Source: Mustelus asterias | Lineage: Eukaryota | Length of the DNA stretch: 64,000 nt | NCBI RefSeq assembly: GCF_964213995.1 | Contig: NC_135802.1 | Coordinates: 71,920,001-71,984,000 of the forward strand | Direction: 5' to 3' | In this document: positions 59,473-64,000 of the stretch, piece after piece | Layout of the letters: each line of letters opens with the position of its first letter | Position numbering within the stretch: position 1 is the stretch's first letter | Program-made: the position numbers and the translations under genes | The notes under the pieces: model-generated | The model's database searches: none | Seen by the model: the letters and a program-made list of their open reading frames with translations, nothing else | What the model was told of the DNA's origin: nothing

Positions 59473-60611
59473 GTAGGATAAGGTTCCCCACGATAAGCTA
59501 TCGCAGAAGATACAGAGGCATGGGATTGAGGGTGATTTAGCGGTTTGGATCAGGAATTGGCTAGCTGTAAGAAGACAGAGGGTGGTGGTTGATGGGAAAT
59601 GTTCATCCTGGAGTTCAGTTACTAGTGGTGTACCACAAGGATCTGTTTTGGGGCCACTGCTGTTTGTCATTTTTATAAATGACCTGGATGAGGGCGTAGA
59701 AGGATGGGTTAGTAAATTTGCGGATGACACTAAAGTCAGTGGAGTTGTGGACAGTGCGGAAAGTTGTTGCAGGTTACAGAGGGACATAGATAAGCTGCAG
59801 TGCTGGGCTGAGAGGTGGCAAATGGAGTTCCATGTGGAAAAGTGTGAGGTGATTCACTTTGGAAGGAGTAACAGGATTACAGAGTACTGGGCTAATGGTA
59901 AGATACTTGGTAGTGTGGATGAACAGAGAGATCTCGGCGTCCATGTGCATAAGATCCCTGAAAGTTGGCACCCAGGTTGATAGGGTTGTTAAGAAGGTGT
60001 ACGGAGTGTTAGCTTTTATTGGTAGAGGGATTGAGTTTCGGAGCCAGGAGGTCATGTTGCAGCTGTACAAAACTCTGGTGCGGCCGCACTTGGAGTATTG
60101 CGTACAGTTCTGGTCACCGCATTATAGGAAGGATGTGGAAGCATTGGAAAGGGTGCAGAGGAGATTTACTAGGATGTTGCCTGGTATGGTGGGAAGGTCT
60201 TATGAGGAAAGGCTGAGGGACTTGAGGTTGTTTTCGTTAGAGAGAAGAAGGTTAAGAGGTGACTTAATAGAGGCATACAAGATGATCAGAGGATTAGATA
60301 GGGTGGGTAGTGAGAGCCTTTTTCCTCGGATGGTGATAGCTAGCACGAGGGGACATAGCTTTAAATTGAGGGCTGATAGATTTAGGACAGATGTCAGAGG
60401 TAGGTTCTTGTCTCAGAGAGTAGTAAGGGCGTGGAATGCCCTGCCTGCAGCAGTAGTGGACTCGCCAACATTAAGGGCATTTAAATGGTCATTGGATAAA
60501 CATATGGATGATATTGGAATAGTGTAGGTTAGATGGGCTTTAGATTGGTTTCACTGTTCGGCGCAACATCGAGGGCCGAAGGGCCTGAACTGCGCTGTAA
60601 TGTTCTATGTT
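59473..60611 (+). mobile_element. Young 5'-truncated CR1 with CTAAG duplication
   Basis: SGVPQGSVLGP, FINDLD, KFADDTK; aatgttctatgttct tail; CTAAG at 59468-59472 and 60612-60616. Confidence 0.92.
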
Positions 60612-61285
60612 CTAAGCCAGTCTTGAATCCAACTTGCCAAGTTACCCTAGGTCCCATGTGCTTTTACCTTCCTTGTCAGTCTCCCATGTGGAATTTTGTC
60701 AAAGGCTTTGCTGAAATCCATATAAACTACATCAATTGCACACTCTCATCTACACACCTGATCACCTCCTCAAAAAATTCAATCAAATTTTTAAGGCATG
60801 ACCTCCCTCTGACAAAGCCGTGTTGATTATCCATGATCAAACCTTTCCTCGCAAAGTGGAGATTAATCCTCTCCTTCAGAACTTTCTCCAATACTTATCT
60901 TGCCTCTGATGTGAGACTCACTGATCTGTAATTCCTTGGTTTATCTCTACCACCCTTCTTGAAAAGTGGAACCATATGACCTGTCCTCCAATCCTCTGGC
61001 ACATCGTCTGTGGCCAGAAAGGAATTAAAAATTTGGAACTGAGTCTCTATAATTTCCTCTTTCGCCCCCCACAGTAGCCTGGGATGCAACACATCTGAAC
61101 TTGGAGATTTTTGAGATCGCCAAAACCTCCAATACCTCCTCATTCCATATGTCAAGCTGTTGAAGAACCTCCCAGTCCCTCTCCCTGAATTCTATACCGA
61201 CATTAGGTGCTGTGGGACATCAGCAGCAGCAGAATTGTAATAAAACCACAGTCACGGCTCGGCATATCTCCCACTCTACCATCAA

Positions 61286-63336
61286 CACATGGATGAACTT
61301 CAACAACTGTACATCTCTGTCTGGCGTAGAAATAAAACGAGGAAGATGGCTCATCCATGGCTAACAAGGGAAATCAGGGATAGTGTTAAAGCCAAAGTGG
61401 AGGCATATAAATTGGCCAGAAAAAAGCAGCAAACCTGAGGTCCGGGAGAAATTTAAAATCCAGCAGAGGAGGACAAAGGGTTTAATTCGAAGGGGAAAAT
61501 AGAATACGAAAGTAAGCTTGCAGAAAACATAAAAAGTGACTGCAAAAGCTTCGAGAGATATGTAAACCGAAAAAGACTGGTGAACACAAATGCAGGTCCC
61601 TTACAGTTAGAATCAGGTGAATTCATAAGGGGCAACAAAGAGATGGGAGACCAGCTGAACAAATACTTTGGATCTATCTTCATTAAGGAGAATACATATA
61701 ACCTTCCAGAAATACGAGGGGACTGAGGGTCTAGCATGAAGGAGAAACTGAAGGAAATCATTATTAATCAGGAAATTGTATTTGGGAAATTGCTGGGATT
61801 AAAGCCCGATAAGTCCCAAGGGGCCTGGTGCTCTGCATCCCAGAGTACTCAACGAAGTGGCTCTAGAAATTTTTCACCCTTCTGTAAACTCTGGAAGAGT
61901 TCCAGTGGATTGGAGGGTAGCTAATGTAACCCCACTTTTTAAAAAAGGAGGGAGAGAGAAAACGGGGATTATAGAGCCGTTAGCCTAACATCGGTGGTGG
62001 AGAAAATGCTGGAGTCAATTATTAAGGATGTAATAACTGAGCATTTGGAAAGTGGGGACAGGATCGGTCCAAGTCAGCATGGATTCATTAAAGGGAAATC
62101 GTGGTTGACAAATCTTCTGGAATTTTTTGAGGATGTGACCAGTAGAGTTGGCAAGGGTGAATCAGTGGATGTTGTGTGTCTGGACTTTCAAAAGGCTTTT
62201 GACAAGGTCCCACACAAGATTAGTGAGCAAAATTAAAAGCTCATGGCATTAGAGGTAATGTATTGATGTGGATAGAGAACTGGTTGGTAGACAGGAAGCA
62301 GAGAGTGGGAATTATTGGGTCCTTTTCAGAGTGGCAGGCAGTGACTAGTGGGGTACCGCAGGGTTCAGTGCTTGGATCCCAGCTGTTCACAATATACATT
62401 AATGATTTGGATGAAGGAATTGAATGCAATATCTCCAAATTTGCAGACGACACTAAGCTGGGTGACAATATGTGCTGTGAGGAGGATGCTAAGAGTTACA
62501 GGGTGACTTGGACATGCTGACTGAGTGGGCAAATACAATATTATGTGGACCAATGTGAGGTTATCCACTTTGGTGGCAAAAACTGGAAGGAAGATTATCT
62601 GAATGGTGGCAGTTTCGGAAAAGGGAAAGTGCAATGTGACCTGGGTGTCATGGTGGAACAGTCGCTGAAGGTTGGCATGCAGGTACAGCAGGCAGTGAGG
62701 AAAGCTAATGGCATGCTGGCCTTTATAGCAAGAGGATTTGAGTATAGGAGTAAGGATGTCTTGCTGCAGTTATACAGGGCCTTGCTGAGTATTGTGTGCA
62801 GTTTTGGTCTGAGGAAGAACATTCTTGCTACTGAGGGAGTCCAGCGAAGATTCACCAGACTGATTCCCTGAATGGCAGGACTGGCATATGAAGAGAGGCT
62901 GGATCGACTGGGCTTGTACTCACTGGAATTGAGAAGAATGAGCAGGGACCTCATTGAAACATATATAATCTTGATGGGACTGGAAAGGCTAGATGCGGGA
63001 AACATTTTCCTGATGTTGGGAAAGTCCAGAACTAGGGGTCACAGTTTAAGAATAAGGGGTAAGCCATTCAGGACTTAAATGAGGAAGAACTTCTTCACTC
63101 AGAGAGTTGTGAACCTGTGGAATTCTCTACCACAGAACGTTGTTGGGGCCAGTTCGATAAATATGTTCAAGAGGGAGCTGGACGTGGCCATTTTGGCTAA
63201 AGAGATCAAGGGGGATGGAGAGAAAGCGGGAGTGGGATACTGAAAGTACATGATCGGCATGATCATATTGAATGATGGTACAGGCTTGAAGGGCTGAATG
63301 GCCTTCTCCTGCCCCATTTTCTATGTTTCTATGTTT
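61286..63336 (+). mobile_element. CR1 ORF2 pseudogene, same subfamily as 19028-21005
   Basis: EHLESGDRIGPSQHGF, GVPQGSVLG, YINDLDEGIEC, KFADDTK; tttctatgtttctatg tail. Confidence 0.92.
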
Positions 63337-63393
63337 TTTATTAAACTGGAAAATTAACTCTGGTTGAACGAAGAATGCAGGAGGACTTGCCAA

Positions 63394-64000
63394 GATTTGA
63401 TTTGATTTATTATTGTCACATGTATTGACATACAGTGAAACGTATTGTTTCTTGTGCGCTATACAGACAAAGCATACCGTTCATAGAGAAGCAAATGAGA
63501 GACTGCAGAATGTAGTGTTACAGTCAGAGCTAGGGTGTAGAGAAAGATCAACTTAATGCAAGGTAAGTCCATTCAAAAGTCTGACAGCAGCAGGGAAGAA
63601 GCTGTTCTTGAGTCGGTTGTACATGACCTCAGACTTTTGTATCTTTTTCCTGACGGAAGAAGGTGGAAGAGAGAATGTCAGGGGTGTGTGGGGTCCTTAA
63701 TTATGCTGGTGCTTTGCTGAGGCAGCAGGAAGTGTAGACAGAGTCAATGGATGGGAGACTGGTTTGCTTGATGGATTGGGCGACATTCACGATCTTTTCT
63801 AGTTCCTTATGATCTTGGACAGAGCAGGAGCCATACCAAGCTGTGATACAACCAGAATGAATGCTTTCTATGGTGCATCTGTAAAAATTGGTGAGAGTCG
63901 TAGCTGGCATGCCAAATTTCCTTAGTCTTCTGAGAAAGTAGAGGAATTGGTGGGCTTTCTTAACTATAGCGTCGGCATGGGGGGACCAGGACAGGTTGTT
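63394..64000 (-). mobile_element. Rex1/Babar LINE 3' region (runs off the window)
   Basis: (gattt)n tail; TLTNFYRCTIESIHSGCITAWYGSC; contains homologs of both the 45625 and 46261 fragments contiguously. Confidence 0.9.

Larger units (their letters stand above)
57720..61200 (-). mobile_element. CR1 (RT to 3' UTR) hosting three nested inserts
   Basis: ORFs 60895-61155 (DVPEDWRT..PLFKKG) and 57812-58120; inserts at 58120-58343, 58692-59154 and 59473-60611. Confidence 0.85.

Noticed and set aside
1-64000. Prokaryotic systems (CRISPR, operons, retrons) suggested by the many RT ORFs
   Set aside because: The RTs are CR1/Rex1 LINE fragments in an intron-containing vertebrate locus; no regularly spaced repeat-spacer array was seen.

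Overview
Eukaryotic, repeat-dense vertebrate DNA, almost certainly a shark (elasmobranch), judged from HE1-type V-SINEs, SacSINE1-like DeuSINEs and abundant CR1 LINEs. The only host gene I can support is MOCOS (molybdenum cofactor sulfurase, + strand), with three internal exons at 9142-9341, 13716-13832 and 21745-22182. They are followed by an intron of more than 41 kb with no further recognisable MOCOS exon. The rest is nested mobile DNA: CR1 LINEs of several ages, Rex1/Babar 3' ends, several SINE types, two TSD-flanked solo LTRs, Gmr1-like Gypsy gag debris, a decayed Harbinger transposase, many GC-rich MITE-like elements with 3-bp TSDs, and Penelope-like fold-back inserts with hammerhead-ribozyme remnants. 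The most notable items are a divergent, rearranged U2 snRNA-derived insert at ~42988-43168, the palindromic Penelope/hammerhead mini-inserts with 13-14 bp TSDs, and a MITE set with ANN target duplications. Most ORFs in the supplied track are repeat fragments or spurious. Repeat boundaries without a stated TSD were read by eye and are approximate (tens of bp). Family names come from remembered consensus motifs, not database searches.
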